Positions 50,803 through 64,000 of a stretch of DNA of 64,000 nucleotides are shown piece after piece. Origin of the DNA: Paraspadella gotoi (Eukaryota > Animalia > Chaetognatha); assembly GCA_051294375.1 (NCBI GenBank), contig CM119271.1, positions 1,743,395 to 1,807,394 on the forward strand. Reading direction: 5' to 3'. A model generated the notes under the pieces. The model saw nothing but the letters and a program-made list of their open reading frames with translations, was not told the origin of the DNA and ran no database searches. A program made the translations under genes and the position numbers. Position 1 is the first letter of the stretch. Every line of letters begins with the position of its first letter.

Positions 50803-51033
50803 ATCCCCACGAGCTTCTCCTCTTTTCCCCACGAGCTTCTCCTCTTTTCCCCACGAGCTTCTCCTCTTTTCCCCACGAGCTTCTCCTCTTTTCCCCACGA
50901 GCTTCTCCTCTTTTCCCCACGAGCTTCTCCTCTTTTCCCCACGAGCTTCTCCTCTTTTCCCCACGAGCTTCTCCTCTTTTCCCCACGAGCTTCTCCTCTT
51001 TTCCCCACGAGCTTCTCCTCTTTTCCCCACGAG
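50803..51033. repeat. Perfect 21-bp tandem repeat ttccccacgagcttctcctct, ~11 copies
   Basis: Directly visible homogeneous array. Confidence 0.95.
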
Positions 51034-51595
51034 CCTTCCAATTGTCTCGTTCGAATTCCCCTTCCGGCGTCGAGGATGGATACTCAGTCACGTGATCGGA
51101 ACTAAATCCTCCAAATCGGAAACCCGGGGGAATTGGGTTGGTTTAAGCCCGGGGTTAAAGGGGAGGGGGGGCGTTTGAGGGGGGGACAAGGGGGTAAAGT
51201 AAGTGTGGGTCGAGGAATGTCATAGGGTTTGGAGCTAATAAATGGTCGCAACCTACGAACCAAAGATAACAATGATATAACGAGGTATTTGTACAAATGT
51301 TTCAGGAAGAGACAATGAGAAAGTGAAACTGACATACAGAATGACAGATTGGCGATAGATGAAAGTGAATTCTGAGATTCCGTTGCAATTTTTGTTTAAC
51401 TTAGATCCAAAAGTAGCAACGACGACAACAACGACGACGAAGGTATTCTATAAACCTTGCGAGAAAATTGAATTGTTTTACCTTTTGGATTCAAAAGTTT
51501 TAATTGAAGAAAATTTAATCAAAGAAAAGTTAAAAGCGCTCTGAAGGTTTATGATCTTCTGAGATGACCAGTTTTGTCCACGATGCCATTACGTT

Positions 51596-51679
<84 letters not shown>

Positions 51680-52616
51680 TCCCCCCTCCCTCCCTCCCAA
51701 AGACTTGCCAAAGAGACACAGTAAATGTCTTTTGTAGAACAAAATGCGGCCGAGGAAAGGAAAGTAAATAAGAAAAGTAAGTAAGTAAACATTCCGGATA
51801 AAGAACAAACAATTAAGGTCATTGATAAATGAGCGAGTAGCGGGAAACCGCGAAAAAAAAACGGAAAAAAAAAATTGAAACTAAAAGATTTAATTGACGG
51901 TAGATACAAAAATACAAAATACCTCGCGACCAATCGGCTTGTAGATAATTACTCATCGAATCGGTTTTTTTTTTGTCGCAGAATTTATTAGATTAATAAT
52001 AATTGTTGTTTTGTGAGCGTAAAATAGTTATTTTTTTAGTTTTTACATTTTTTTTTCTCATTATTTTGTTCTTTTTTTGTTTGTAGACGAAAAGAATCGA
52101 TGGCGTCGCCTGAGCAGCGCGTCTGGGAGGACGGAAGAGTGTGGCGGAATTTGAATAGNNNNNNNNNNNNNNNNNNNNNNNNNCGTGGCAAAGAAAGAAT
52201 TAAAAAAAAAAAAAATAAGCGACGTTGTGGAAAGTGGAAGTGTAGAAGGGATTAGTAGAATATAGAGAATTAGTGATTTAGTAGATTAGAGATTAGAGGA
52301 TTAAATTAGAGTTTTACAATGGAGATTAAGATATTAGATTTAGAGATTAAACATTCGAGGCGCAGAAGGGACAGTTATTTGGAATAGACGAAAATGCGAA
52401 AAAACGATTGAATTAAGTGTATGGATTGAACCACTGTGAATGAACCAATTAAACTTAATTGTGATACAGTAGTAAGCTAATAAATGACCATATGATTAAC
52501 CGACGATTGAATATTAAACGCAATGAATTGAAAGTGATCAATAAGACGATGAAAATAAAGCACTGAATTAAAGCAAAGGATAAGATAAGATAACTTAAGG
52601 AAGTGGTCTTTTTCAT

Positions 52617-52862
52617 ACAATTGAAAATTCTTCTGAAATATTAAACCACTTCATTGATAGGGTAGCAGTTACTCTGCGGAGTGAATAAACGAGACCGTGG
52701 AAAGAGTCTTGATTGAAAACCAAAGGGACCTGCTATTGCCATTATTCTTGTAAGAGTGATGGAGGCCTTTAAACCACCCAAAGCCTGTTCCAAAGGTCAG
52801 GGGCAAGATAGCTTATTATTAAATGAATGGATAATTTTTATTGTGTTTGTATCAATTTCATT
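52617..52862 (+). mobile_element. Short dispersed repeat family 3 (~240 bp; ends ataatttttatattggttgtaccaatttc)
   Basis: Other full copies at 58341-58582 (+) and 60946-61183 (-). Partial copies at ~46050-46175, 24224-24302, 47463-47550, 9912-10055 (-) and 14918-15040 (-). Confidence 0.75.
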
Positions 52863-52989
52863 AAGAGTAGAGTGATAAATAAGACGATGAAATTAGAGCA
52901 ATGATTTAATCTTTGGATAAGACAATGATTAACACAATGAATAAAACGATGAAATAAGACGATTAATTAAAAGCGATGAATTGGAGCGA

Positions 52990-53279
52990 TGACTAAGACG
53001 ATGAATTAAAGCGATGAATAGAGCGATGAATAAGACGTATGAATAAAGCGATTGAATCGTGGCAACGCGTTGGCGAAAAGGTCACGAAAAGAAATCGGGA
53101 CGCCTTACGCTCTTCTTCGGTGAAGATCTCCCATTTCAGATTATATCACGGGTATTGTGGACGTTGTGCGTAATAGTGGAAAATATAAAGTCATACATTG
53201 ATAGATGCGAGATTATCTTATCTTCGTCATTAAAGGTTTAAGCTAAAGATTAAATATAATAATAATAATAATAATAATA

Positions 53280-53334
<55 letters not shown>

Positions 53335-53527
53335 TAATAAATTATAATAATAAATAATAATCTAATTACTCTTTGATTTATTACTCTTTATTATTTTTTT
53401 GATTATATTTTAATATCAAAGCGTCGCAATTTTTGTCTGAATTCGGGATAAAAGTTTTGCAGGTTTGCAATTTATTTATCATTCTTTGCGGCTTTTGCGC
53501 GTTTTCTCTCTCCGTTTGTTTCTCTCT

Positions 53528-53559
<32 letters not shown>

Positions 53560-53576
53560 TCTCTCTTTCTCTCTCT

Positions 53577-53612
<36 letters not shown>

Positions 53613-54397
53613 TCTCTCTTTCCTTCTCTCTCTCTCTCTCTCTTATCAATTTTGCCATTTTTTCGTGCACATGAAATACTTACGTGGATATTGCGCGCCG
53701 TTTTGGGTCACGGGATGCTTTCTATATAGCTTTGCATTCTTTTATATTGGAGCTAAAACTCGATGCAATCGCCTCTCTCATGCCTTATACAGACGCAGTG
53801 TTCTTATGTCGCCCCTACTGCAACGACACGCCTGACGCGCGTACGTCTGCCGACGATTATCGCCTGCCACCTAGGTTTGCACGAGTCTAAATAAAAAACT
53901 ACAAAGATAATTTCTTAAAATATTCTCGAACTCAGCATCAATCGTTGGAAAACGCTGAGTTTAATTCCTTCTCCTCTCCCTCTTTCAACTTCACCTTTAA
54001 CTTCTTCTCTCTTCTCTCTCTCTCTCTTCTCTCTTCTTCCTCTCTCTCTCTCTCCTCTCTAACCTCCTCTATTCTGGACGTGCGGCGGCAAGTGAGGAAG
54101 AAGAAGAAAGAGAAAGGAGGAAAGTAAGAAGAAGACGAAGAGGAGGAGACGCCGGCATCAGGTCTTATATTATACGCCTGTGTGAGTTCTTCACCTTTCC
54201 CTTACCTCCGCATAATGACTAAGCGAATCTGGGAAACGTGCGGAGCGCAGAGGAGGAGGAGGAGGAGGAGAGAAGCAGGAGGAGGAAAGCGGGGGGAAAA
54301 GGAGCCTGAGAGAAGAGGAGCCGCGCTTACTATTGGTGGACCCTCATGAAAGTGCTAACCGTTTGCGTTAAGTTTTTTCTTCTCCTCCTTCCTCTCT

Positions 54398-54453
<56 letters not shown>

Positions 54454-55091
54454 TCTCTTTCTCCTCTTCTCTCTCTCTCTCGTCTCTCGTTCTCTCTCTT
54501 TCTCTCTCTCTCTCATCCTCCTCCTCCTCCTCCTCTCCTCCCACGTTTCCCAGATTCGCTTAGTCATTATGCGGAGGAAGGGAAAGGTGAAGAACTCACA
54601 CAGGCGTATATAAACGACCTGATCCCGGGCGTCTCCTCCTCTTCGTCTTCTTCTTACTTTCTCCTTTCCTCCTCTTCTTCTTCCTCACTTGCCCCGCACG
54701 TCCAGAGTNNNNNNNNNNNNNNNNNNNNNNNNNNNNNNNNNNNNGAGAGAGAGAGTAATTTTTCTCGCGTTCCAACGATGATGCATGAGTTCGGAATATT
54801 TTAAGAATTATCTTGTAGTTTTTTATTTAAGACTCGTGCAACTAGGTGGCAGGCGATATCGTGACAGACGTACGCGCGTCAGGCGTGCGTGCAGTAGGCG
54901 ACATAAGAACACTCTCCTGTATAAGGCAGCAGGCGAATTGCAGAGAGTTGAGCCCCATATAAAAGAATGCAAAGCTATATAGAAAGCATCCCGTGACCCA
55001 AAACGGCGCGCAATATCCACGTAAGTATTTCATGTGCACGAAAAAATGGCAAAATTGATAAGAGAGAGAGAGAGAGAGAAGGAAAGAGAGA

Positions 55092-55127
<36 letters not shown>

Positions 55128-55144
55128 AGAGAGAGAAAGAGAGA

Positions 55145-55179
<35 letters not shown>

Positions 55180-55306
55180 AGAGAAACAAAGAGAGAGAAA
55201 ACGCGCAAAAGCCCAAAGAATGATAAATAAATTGCAAACTGCAAAACTTTTATCCGAATTCAACAACAATTTCGACCTTTGAATAATTGACTTTAATAAT
55301 CAAGAG

Positions 55307-55377
<71 letters not shown>

Positions 55378-55690
55378 CTTTAGCTTAAACCTTTAATGAC
55401 GAAGATAAGATATCTCGCATCTATCAATGTATGACTTTATATTTTCCACTATTACGCACAACGTCACAATACCCGTGATATAATCTGAATGTGAGAATCT
55501 TCACCGAGAAGAAGCGAAGGCGTCCCGAGTTTCTTTTCGTGACCTTTTCGCCAACGCGTTTGACCCGATTCATCGCTTTATTCATCGTCTTATTCATCGC
55601 TCTATTCATGGCTTTCTTAATCGTCTTATTCATCGCTCTATTCATCGCTTTATTCATCGTCTTATTCATCGCTCAATTCATCGCTTTATT
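52990..55690. repeat. Large inverted duplication (arms ~1.2-1.3 kb), possibly an assembly artefact
   Basis: 53000-53260 mirrors 55376-55690, 53445-53960 mirrors 54765-55265, and 54065-54270 mirrors 54515-54708. Confidence 0.85.
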
Positions 55691-57140
55691 ANNNNNNNNN
55701 NNNNNNNNNNNNNNNNATTGTTTTTTAATTAACATCTATTTATGTTATTTATTTACTTTCACCTACTAAAAAAAACAGAGTTTTAACGGAGGCAATGCAT
55801 AGCCAAAAAGTAGAGTCCGTAGATATAATACTAAAGGACAAGCTGCTCGTGGGGCGTTACGGGGGCGAGTATTCGCCCGCGATAACTTCTGATGCTTGTA
55901 GATCTTGCTGAAAATGCAGTGAGGCGTGAGCGTGAGGCGTGAGCACGGGTGAATGGGGCAATAATGACGTAGGGCGTGGCAAAGAAAAGAAATTAACAAA
56001 AGGAAATATATCGAGTAGGAAAAAGTGGAAGTGTAAGAATCATAGTGATTGCATTCAGAGATTCTAGAGATTAAACCCATTAGATTGCTTTATCAGTAAT
56101 GCTGATGATTAGATATTAGGAGCTTAGAGGATTAAAACTTGAGCGATGAAAGGCGGACAGTGTCATATTTTTGGGAAAATTCAGAACCTCCCCCCCGCAA
56201 TGATTGAAGAACGATGAAAGTCTAAGCTGATGAATGAACCCAGGTGGAATGAACGCAAATTGAAACCGCCGATATGAACATTAAGTGTCGCGCGAGTACC
56301 AGTACGTAAGCTGTATTCATGTATGGACCGCATGCACAGATCGATCGCAGTATAGACGCTGCGCACGACGCTACTGATCAAAGGCACACGTCGAACATCG
56401 AAAGTGGACTACAATCAAGATCGGACTTGTAAATACGCTATGAAATGACTACGCTATGTGCTGAAGCGGTAGTAGCGAGCTGCACGACGGAGGATAGATA
56501 ATGCATTCGCTGATTGTGGTGAAAGCAGTAAGAGGGCCGTTATATGCAAGTTATAAGCACGACACGTGTGGAGTCACTTAGACGGTAGATTGGTCATGCA
56601 CGACATGCGCTTGAGTTGTAAATCATTGGAAGCATGCAGACAGATGGAATCAGCTCACAGATGGAGACTAGAAGGTAGCACGAAATTGAGAAGCTGAGCA
56701 CGCATGAATGTCAGATCAGTTGATAGCAAAGTAGGAGCGGAAGTCTATCGGAATAAGACAGTTTGAAATAAAGGCTAGATAGAATATGGTAGGCGATGAT
56801 AAGAACTCCAGCATGAACATGATGTAGCCAAAGAGCGCTGCGCGGATATGAGATATCGATCAGGAAAGCGGATGTGACTATTAGACGGCATTAAGCAAGA
56901 AGCCATGATGTGATGAAGCCGATGAATAAGGACGATGAAAAAAATATAAATCAATGTATAAAAATAAATAAGTCTCGCCTTCTTCGTCACAATAAATAAA
57001 AACAACGACTCCGAGGACTCTGTAGCTCTAATATAAAAAAAAATAAATAAATAAAAGTGTATTATCCGCTCGTCTATATTCTATCATTATTATTATTATC
57101 ATTTTTAATTATTACTGAGAGTATTATATTTCAATAGTTC

Positions 57141-57264
57141 TCATCTATACTGTTTCTCCGTCGCCATAGAAACGCCATCGATCCTCAAGACGGATTGGAT
57201 CGTTGTTGTTGTTGTTGTTATCACCCCGAAGACGACGTCTCCGTTGCTCCATTCCAGCACCGTA

Positions 57265-57302
<38 letters not shown>

Positions 57303-60300
57303 AAACTTAGATATTCTTCCTGATGTCAGGAAGAGGCTGCAATTGTGTCCTGGTGTAGATCTGGGCGGGAATAATAACATGTGGGCTTTATATTCCCAGA
57401 ACGACTCATTTCCTCTTAAATTCGTTAGTTTTTAGGTTTATAGGATTATGTTAGACTGGTTAGAGGTTAAGGTTTAGGTCAGGGATAAGGGTGAGGGTTT
57501 CGGTGAGGAATTTGGTTCGAGTTTTGGGTTAGGAATCGAGGTTTTGGATTAGAAAATAAGGTTAAAGATTAGGGATTAAAGTTATGGTTAGGGTTAGAGA
57601 TTAGGTTAGGCTGAAGGATCAAAAGTTAAGGTATTTTTTTTTTATCCTACCCTCTTATCTTTTCCTTTCTTCTTCTTCGTCGCCCAAGAAATTTGGCAAA
57701 AGAGCGGCACGCCGTCTTCATGGTCATTATCGTCGTCGTCGTCGTCGTCGACATCGTCGTCATTAAGGATACGCCCAGCGGAAAGGCTCGTCGACGGCGA
57801 ACCGATAGAAGGGAAAAGAGAGCGACTGACGAGAAGCTGCAGGGGGAAAGGAATAAAGTCTAAAGTGGTCGGTCAGTCCTTGGCTTTGAACCAGGCTAGG
57901 GGGGTTTTCCAGGTCCGTAGGTTGGCTTCTGGCCGTCCTCGCATAGGATAGACAGATAGATAAGATACTTAATGGTTTTGGGCTTATTATGACTTTACTC
58001 CAAAAGCTACAAGGTCACAACTGAAGGCGTTATTTTTTTGCTTCTTTCTTTCCTTTTCTATGCTTTTTGCAAAACGTTTCTTTCTTTGATTATCTCTCTC
58101 TCTCTGTCTATCTCTCTCTCTCTCTCTCCCTCCCACTCTCTCCAACTCTCTCACCTTTGTAAAATCTTTACTCTCCTCTCTATCATTGTTGTTGTTAAAA
58201 TTAAACGACTGCGATCTGTTTTTGTTCGTCGTCGTCGTCGTCGCTTTCGTCGTCGTCTTCGCGTCGAGGTTCGGCTGAGGTCGAGCAAACCGATCGCAAG
58301 AAGCGCAATTGTATCTATAGAGAGGAGGAAGAGAAACCCATACAATCGAAACATTCTTTGAAACATTATACCACTTCATTGATAAGGCAGCCATATACTC
58401 TGGGAGTGAATAAACGAGACTGTGAGAGAGTCTTGATTGAAAGCTTGCAGGGTCCTGCCATGCTATTATCTTGTGAGAGTGATGGAAGCCTTAAACCACC
58501 AAAGGCTGTCCCCAAGTCAGGGGCAAGATAGCTTATTTATTAAATGAATGGATAATTTTTTATATTGGTTGTACCAATTTCTTATTATAACAATCACATA
58601 ACACTCCCTCTTAATTTAAATAAAAGGACCAATCCCTGAAATCCCCTAGCATCAAAATACAAGGGACTCACTGATATAAAATTGGTACATAAGTTTAATG
58701 TGCCTGACTTTGGACAGGCTATGACAAATAGGCGTGGAGGACTCTTTTAATTTGTTCCGCCTATTTGTTCAAGCCATATATCAATAACCGCGTCAACAAC
58801 GTCAAACTCTTCACCNNNNNNNNNNNNNNNNNNNNNNNNNNNNNNNNNNNNNNNNNNNNNNNNNNNNNNNNNNNNNNNNNNNNNNNNNNNNNNNNNNNNN
58901 NNNNNNNNNNNNNNNNNNNNNNNNNNNNNNNNNNNNNNNNNNNNNNNNNNNNNNNNNNNNNNNNNNNNNNNNNNNNNNNNNNNNNNNNNTTTGATTTATG
59001 TATTAATTCTACTTGGCTGGACATATTAGGTTTGCGTAAGGTGGGTGAATGCCAGAGGTTAATGGTTTAGTATTATGGTAAAGAGACAGTAATGATTGTT
59101 ATGTGTTAGTGACCGAACCATTCAATATAAGCAGTACCTGAGCTTCGGATCAGGCTGTAAAACCGTATTACAGGCGGGTTAAGCGCCCCGTCCCTCTTAA
59201 CTGCTAGGCGATCACCGGGCTAGAACTCCGGACCTTTTGGGTTAGGAGGCGAGTGACTTGCCTCCGACACCAATGGCCGCTGATGAACGGTTGGTAGATT
59301 TTAGTCCACCATAATGTTTTGGATTAGGTTAGTCATTTGGGATATCGATTAGAGTTTCAACCTTGGTTTTAGGGTTAAGGATTTGGGATTAGTATTAAGG
59401 ATTAGGTTATTGGTTGGGTAACAGATTAGGGTTAAATATAAAGCTTATATTTAAATTCATGGATTAAGGAACACATAGGTAAACCTTTTCTAATTTTTCA
59501 GTGAGAATCCATTCCAGCTTTTGATGTTCTATATAGATAAGCTCAAACTGCGCTTCCATCTTTCCTATAAAAGAGATAAGGGGTAGAGTGAGAAAGAGAG
59601 AGAGAAAAAAATAAAAAGATAGATAGATAGAAAAAGATTGATCATTTCACCCTAGAAGGATGCACCTGACAGGTCCTCAAGCGTTCCGTCCAAATCTTCA
59701 AAGTCGATCTCCGCCCGTTCTTTGTCAACCTTCGTAGACAGATCGCCCACATTGGCCTTAAGACTCAGTTCGTCGATGACCCAACTAGATTAATTGGTTG
59801 ATTGGATGATTGATTGGTTAATTTTTGATTGATTTATTTAGAGAAAAAACAAAGTTTTTAATTGTGTTACAACGAATTTAATTAGAGATACGGACATGTT
59901 TCGGCTCACATTTCGAGCCTTCATCAGCGTTTGAAGGCTGATGAAGGCTCGAAATGTGAGCCGAAACATGTCCGTATCTCTAATTAAATTCGTTGTAACA
60001 CAATTAAAAACTTTGTTTTTTCTCTAAATCATAACAACAACGAAAACGAAAGGTTTATCGCATCAAGATTGATTTATTAAAATTATTAATTGATTAAAAT
60101 GGTAAATGATTTTTTAATTGAATAATGGGTTTATTAATATTTATATTTTGATTAATTTATTTAATTAAATAATGGATTCATTTATATAATAAATTAATAC
60201 ATTGAGTGATAGATTAAATTAATTAATTGATAAATATATTTACAAAATTCTTTTATCAATTAGGTTAAGACATACCTCTTATCAGCTTTCTCTGCTATAA

Positions 60301-61674
60301 GATTCGCTATTACTTCTTCCAATTTGGTGATGTTTCGGTGATTCATCTATGATGACAGAGCAAAAGAGAGAGAGAGAGAGACCAAAGGAAACAACGCCAC
60401 TTTATTTTAAATTTGGAATTCAGTTAGTTTTTATGTTTAATGGTTAGGTCAGAGGTTAAGTATTTTTTAAATATTCAGATTAAAATTAAGTTTAGGGAAT
60501 GAAAACCAGAAATGGGACGCTTTTGTTTTGGGAAATAGAGCCGTACATTTTTCCTTCACACATAATTTTTTTTTTTTAGATTGTGCAGACCTGAATATCT
60601 TCGTCGATCTGATTTATACCCTTGTTCATCTTTTCCAACTCCGCGCGCTCTCCCTCCACAAAGTCTTTGATGTCCTGGACTTCGGAGATGGCAGCCAACA
60701 TCCTCTGGGGGAAAAAAGTAACGAAGGATAGAAATATTAAACGGAGAAATGTATATGATATACATTGTTCAAACAAATAACCGATAAAAGTATGAAAGAA
60801 TGAATACAATNNNNNNNNNNAAAGAATGGAACAATGAAAAACATGAACGGTAATTCAAATGTGTTGAGCCGCAGCGAGCGCCTTATCATTTTAAAACGAA
60901 GCGGACTGAAAGAGCTCACCGACTAACGTACCGAGAGTGACTCATTATGAAATTGGTACAACAAATAAAAATTATCCATTATTTAATAATAAGCTATGCT
61001 GTGCCCCTGACTTTGGAACAGGCTTTGGTGGTTTAAAGGCCTCCATCACATCGTTACAATGATAAGCATAGCAGGTTTTGAGCTTTCAATCAAGACTCTT
61101 CACAGGTCTCGTTTATTCACCCGCAGAGTAACCTGCTCCCTATCAATAAGTGGTTTAATATTTCAAAGAATGTTTCAATTGTATTATTATTGCGAGGACT
61201 ACAACCATGAGGCCTAAGAGAGGCTAATATTTACTAAGCTGATGATGATGATTGATGATGATGATGCGATGATTGATGATATGATGATGATGATGATGAT
61301 GATGAATGTTTCAATCGTTGTTCCGCAATTTTTATTAAAAGAAAAGTCTATTAAAAAAAAAAAACCAACCCTAACAAAACAAACATTTAAATCCCCGCCC
61401 ACACGGACCTTTTCTTACTACCCTCACTCCTCAATCCCGCTTGCCTCACCTGCCGTAGCTAAATCCTTGGGAAATCGCTTGTAAGCGAGAATGATGTCCA
61501 GCCTTCTCCGCTGGTCCGCCAGCATCGCCACCACGTCCTGCTTTGACTGCGGGCCTTTCTTGCCTCCTTTGCCGCCGACGCCACCGGCGCCGGCCTCGCC
61601 GCCAGTTCCCGTTCCGGCGGCGCCGCCTCTGTTTTGGAAGAGTGGAGAGAGAGGAGGAGGGAGGAGGTGAGAGA

Positions 61675-61723
<49 letters not shown>

Positions 61724-61856
61724 CAGATAGACATAAAGAGTTCTAAAATTTATAAGAGAGAAAGAGGGAGAGACAGAAGAGAGAGAAAGAGACGACAGAG
61801 AGACAGTAGGAGGAAAGAGAGAAAGGAGGGAGAAAAACGGGAAAAAAAAAGGGGAA

Positions 61857-61891
<35 letters not shown>

Positions 61892-63500
61892 TCGACCTAC
61901 CGTCGGCGTCCATTCCAACGATTGTCTCCAGATGCTTGAGTCTGTCCGACCAATCCTTGTCGTTCTTGTTAATCGCCTCGAAAAGGGAAATAAAAACCGA
62001 TTCCATAAATAAAAAAAAATCAAGGAACAAAAATATTACAACCAAATTAATAACTCCCCTCACCACAACAGCAAACTCATTACTCACAACTCTTTCCCCA
62101 CAGACCTTGACTCTCTTCTCCATCTCGCCCCACTGATTCCCGTCCAACAACATGCCCAGCATTTGCTCAAGGGCTTTCAGGTCCGACCCGCTAAGATTGG
62201 GCATATCCTCCAGGAAGTCCAGCATCTCCATAAGCCTGGAAGAAGGGGGAGGAAGAATTATCCTAGTTGGTAAGAACTTGCCTTTTAAAGTGATGTGCAT
62301 TTTGTCAAATGATAGGGAACAAACGAACGGTTCTGTCAGTAAGACATAACAAATATTACTGTCTCTTCATTGGTGAGCTTGACTTCCGAACACAACAGCA
62401 ACAACACAACACTTTCAGGCGACATGCCTCAACCTGGCGACGTTCTTTCCACCAACAATTCAACCACCAAACCCAAAGGTCCGGGGTTCTAGCCCGGTGG
62501 GCGACTTGCAGTTAAGAGGGATGGGGCGCTTAACCCGCCTGTAACATGATGTTAAAGCCTGATCCGAGGCTCAGGGACTGCTTATAATATATAATATATA
62601 TAATATAATATATAATATATTGAACGGTTCTGTCACTTACTCATAACAAATATTACTGTCTCGTCAAATCCTAATATTGCAATATGCAAATGAGAATAAA
62701 CAACAAAATTTCTCTTTTAACGATAGGACTATTGGCGCAAATATCGAAAAAAAAGACCTACTTGGGGTTGGGGAGCGGACAAAGTTACGAATTGGGGGGG
62801 TGAGCGGTCCTCGCATCCCTCACTTCTCTGAGCCTCCGGAAGCCTGGAGCAGGTCGATGCTGGCTCGAGCGAAAGTCTCCAAGTCTTCGTCGCTTAGACC
62901 TTTGATCTTCGCCGACGCGGCCTTGCGAAACTTTTGAAGTTTTTCGATGTCGTCTGAAGGTGCGATCGAGGAGCCGTTGGTGAAGTTGGGGGCGTGGGGC
63001 GTTGGTTCATGAGCGTGGTTTGGTGAGGGGTGGATCAGAGTGGTGTGAAGTGAAATGTGTGAAATTACTGAATAATCGATGACGTTAACAAAACAAATCA
63101 TACAAGAAAAACAAACATTTAAATTAATATTTAAAAAAAGTAAACTAGTTGTGGACTAAGAAAACGAAAAAGCATATGTTTTGTTTCGGCAATCGTTTAA
63201 TAAAAAAAAATAGAAAAACAAAATAAATAAACTTAAACAAAAAATCAAAATAGGATAAAAAAATAAAAATAAAACAAAATAAGAAAACCTAGAAACGACA
63301 AATCAACAAAATAACGAAAAAATACAACAAAAAGAAAACTCGATAAAACTTCCAAATCTATTTTGCCTGAAGAGACCGAGAAAAAAAAAAACAGAAAAAC
63401 AAAACGTTATAACATTTAAAAAATCCAAAAGAAACAATTGAAACCTTCCAATTCGCGAATTCTCTCTTCCAAAGTTCGATCGTCTTCTTCGTTTCTTTTC
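57141..63500 (-). CDS. DUF4795-family coiled-coil protein (QRICH2/C16orf96-like); both ends uncertain
   Basis: Exons near 62824-63000, 62105-62234, 61901-61976, 61449-61628, 60591-60704, 60276-60346, 59666-59784, 59485-59564, 58155-58314. Peptides EKADKSWVIDELSLKANVGDLSTKVDKERAEIDF and YNCASCDR resemble the family's KAD..L..KV and C.SCDR motifs (recalled, not searched). Confidence 0.7.
59023..59315 (-). mobile_element. SINE-like family 2 copy
   Basis: Colinear with 36692-36940. Confidence 0.75.
59834..60066. mobile_element. Penelope-like palindrome with two hammerheads, a 3' tail and a likely TSD
   Basis: Perfect inverted arms of ~95 bp around gtttgaag; CTGATGAaggctcgaaatgtgagccGAAACATGTC. 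gattgatttatt is repeated at 59827-59838 and 60067-60078. Confidence 0.85.
62469..62677 (+). mobile_element. SINE-like family 2 copy, 5'-truncated
   Basis: Reverse complement of the family 2 body; an extra tail fragment lies at ~62323-62369. Confidence 0.7.
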
Positions 63501-64000
63501 CTTTTTTCTTTCTCTTTCTCATCTTCTCCTTTCTTTCCCTTTTTTCCTTTTTTTTTGTTGCCAAAACGAAAAAAAATTAAAAGGGAATTCGGTCAAGTTG
63601 ATTGGCTACTTTAATTCTTTGAAAGATAATCGTGTTTCGTCCCAATGTAAAAGTTTCGGTTTAAAGCGAGGCCTCAGGTCAAGCTCTAGTGTCTTCCGAG
63701 CGATACGGAGGTTCCGACAACATATACTTACTTACTTATACACACATTTATGTATATATACAGATTTACTTTCAAACGCGGGATTAAAGTTAGCGATTAC
63801 AGGGTTAGTGATTTGGGTTTATGGAACTTCATTATTGGTTTAGGATTCGGTTAGATTTGGATTAGAGATTAGGATTAAAAAAGATTAAAAAAGATTAGGA
63901 TTAAAAACAGCTATGGAAACAGCCGGGTTGACTGTAATACCCATTGGGATGGGGCTTTGTGGGTTTCCGACCCTCAGTGACGCCTTCAGTCACTGGCGCG

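Noticed and set aside
50745-51095. Repetitive ORFs or a CRISPR-like array over the 21-bp repeat
   Set aside because: Head-to-tail identical units with no spacers. The ORFs stay open only because the 21-nt unit has no stop codon.
53433-55282. LSLS/RERE ORFs here and at 22572, 29332, 45397 and 51549
   Set aside because: These are translations of (CT)n/(GA)n microsatellites.
55766-57005. Short ORFs in random-looking sequence
   Set aside because: The region appears to be low-accuracy gap-fill duplicating the sequence from 52183 onward.

Overview
AT-rich, intron-rich, microsatellite-laden DNA from a draft eukaryotic (invertebrate animal-like) assembly, with N gaps and some error-prone patches. 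Most ORFs in the track are microsatellite noise, so genes were reconstructed by hand from splice sites and codon phase. Genes supported: (1) a clan-3-type cytochrome P450 locus with a single first exon (membrane anchor) followed by two intact tandem copies of exons 2-8, and a second same-strand multi-exon gene nested in intron 1; (2) a minus-strand LRR type-I membrane protein; (3) two tandem CAP/SCP (GLIPR1/PI16-like) genes, the first hosting a TTAA-flanked Kolobok-like transposon with a decayed OTU protease ORF; (4) an MGxxxS-start gene followed about 100 bp later by an intronless 468-aa RRSS-repeat ORF; (5) a minus-strand coiled-coil gene with tryptophan every 7 residues; (6) a minus-strand DUF4795 (QRICH2/C16orf96-like) gene. 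Repeats include Penelope-type minimal hammerhead palindromes, two tRNA-derived SINE-like families that keep sequence upstream of the tRNA, a third short dispersed family, MITEs and intron-specific minisatellites. The best candidate for a new system is the P450 locus: one anchor exon with two alternative catalytic cassettes.
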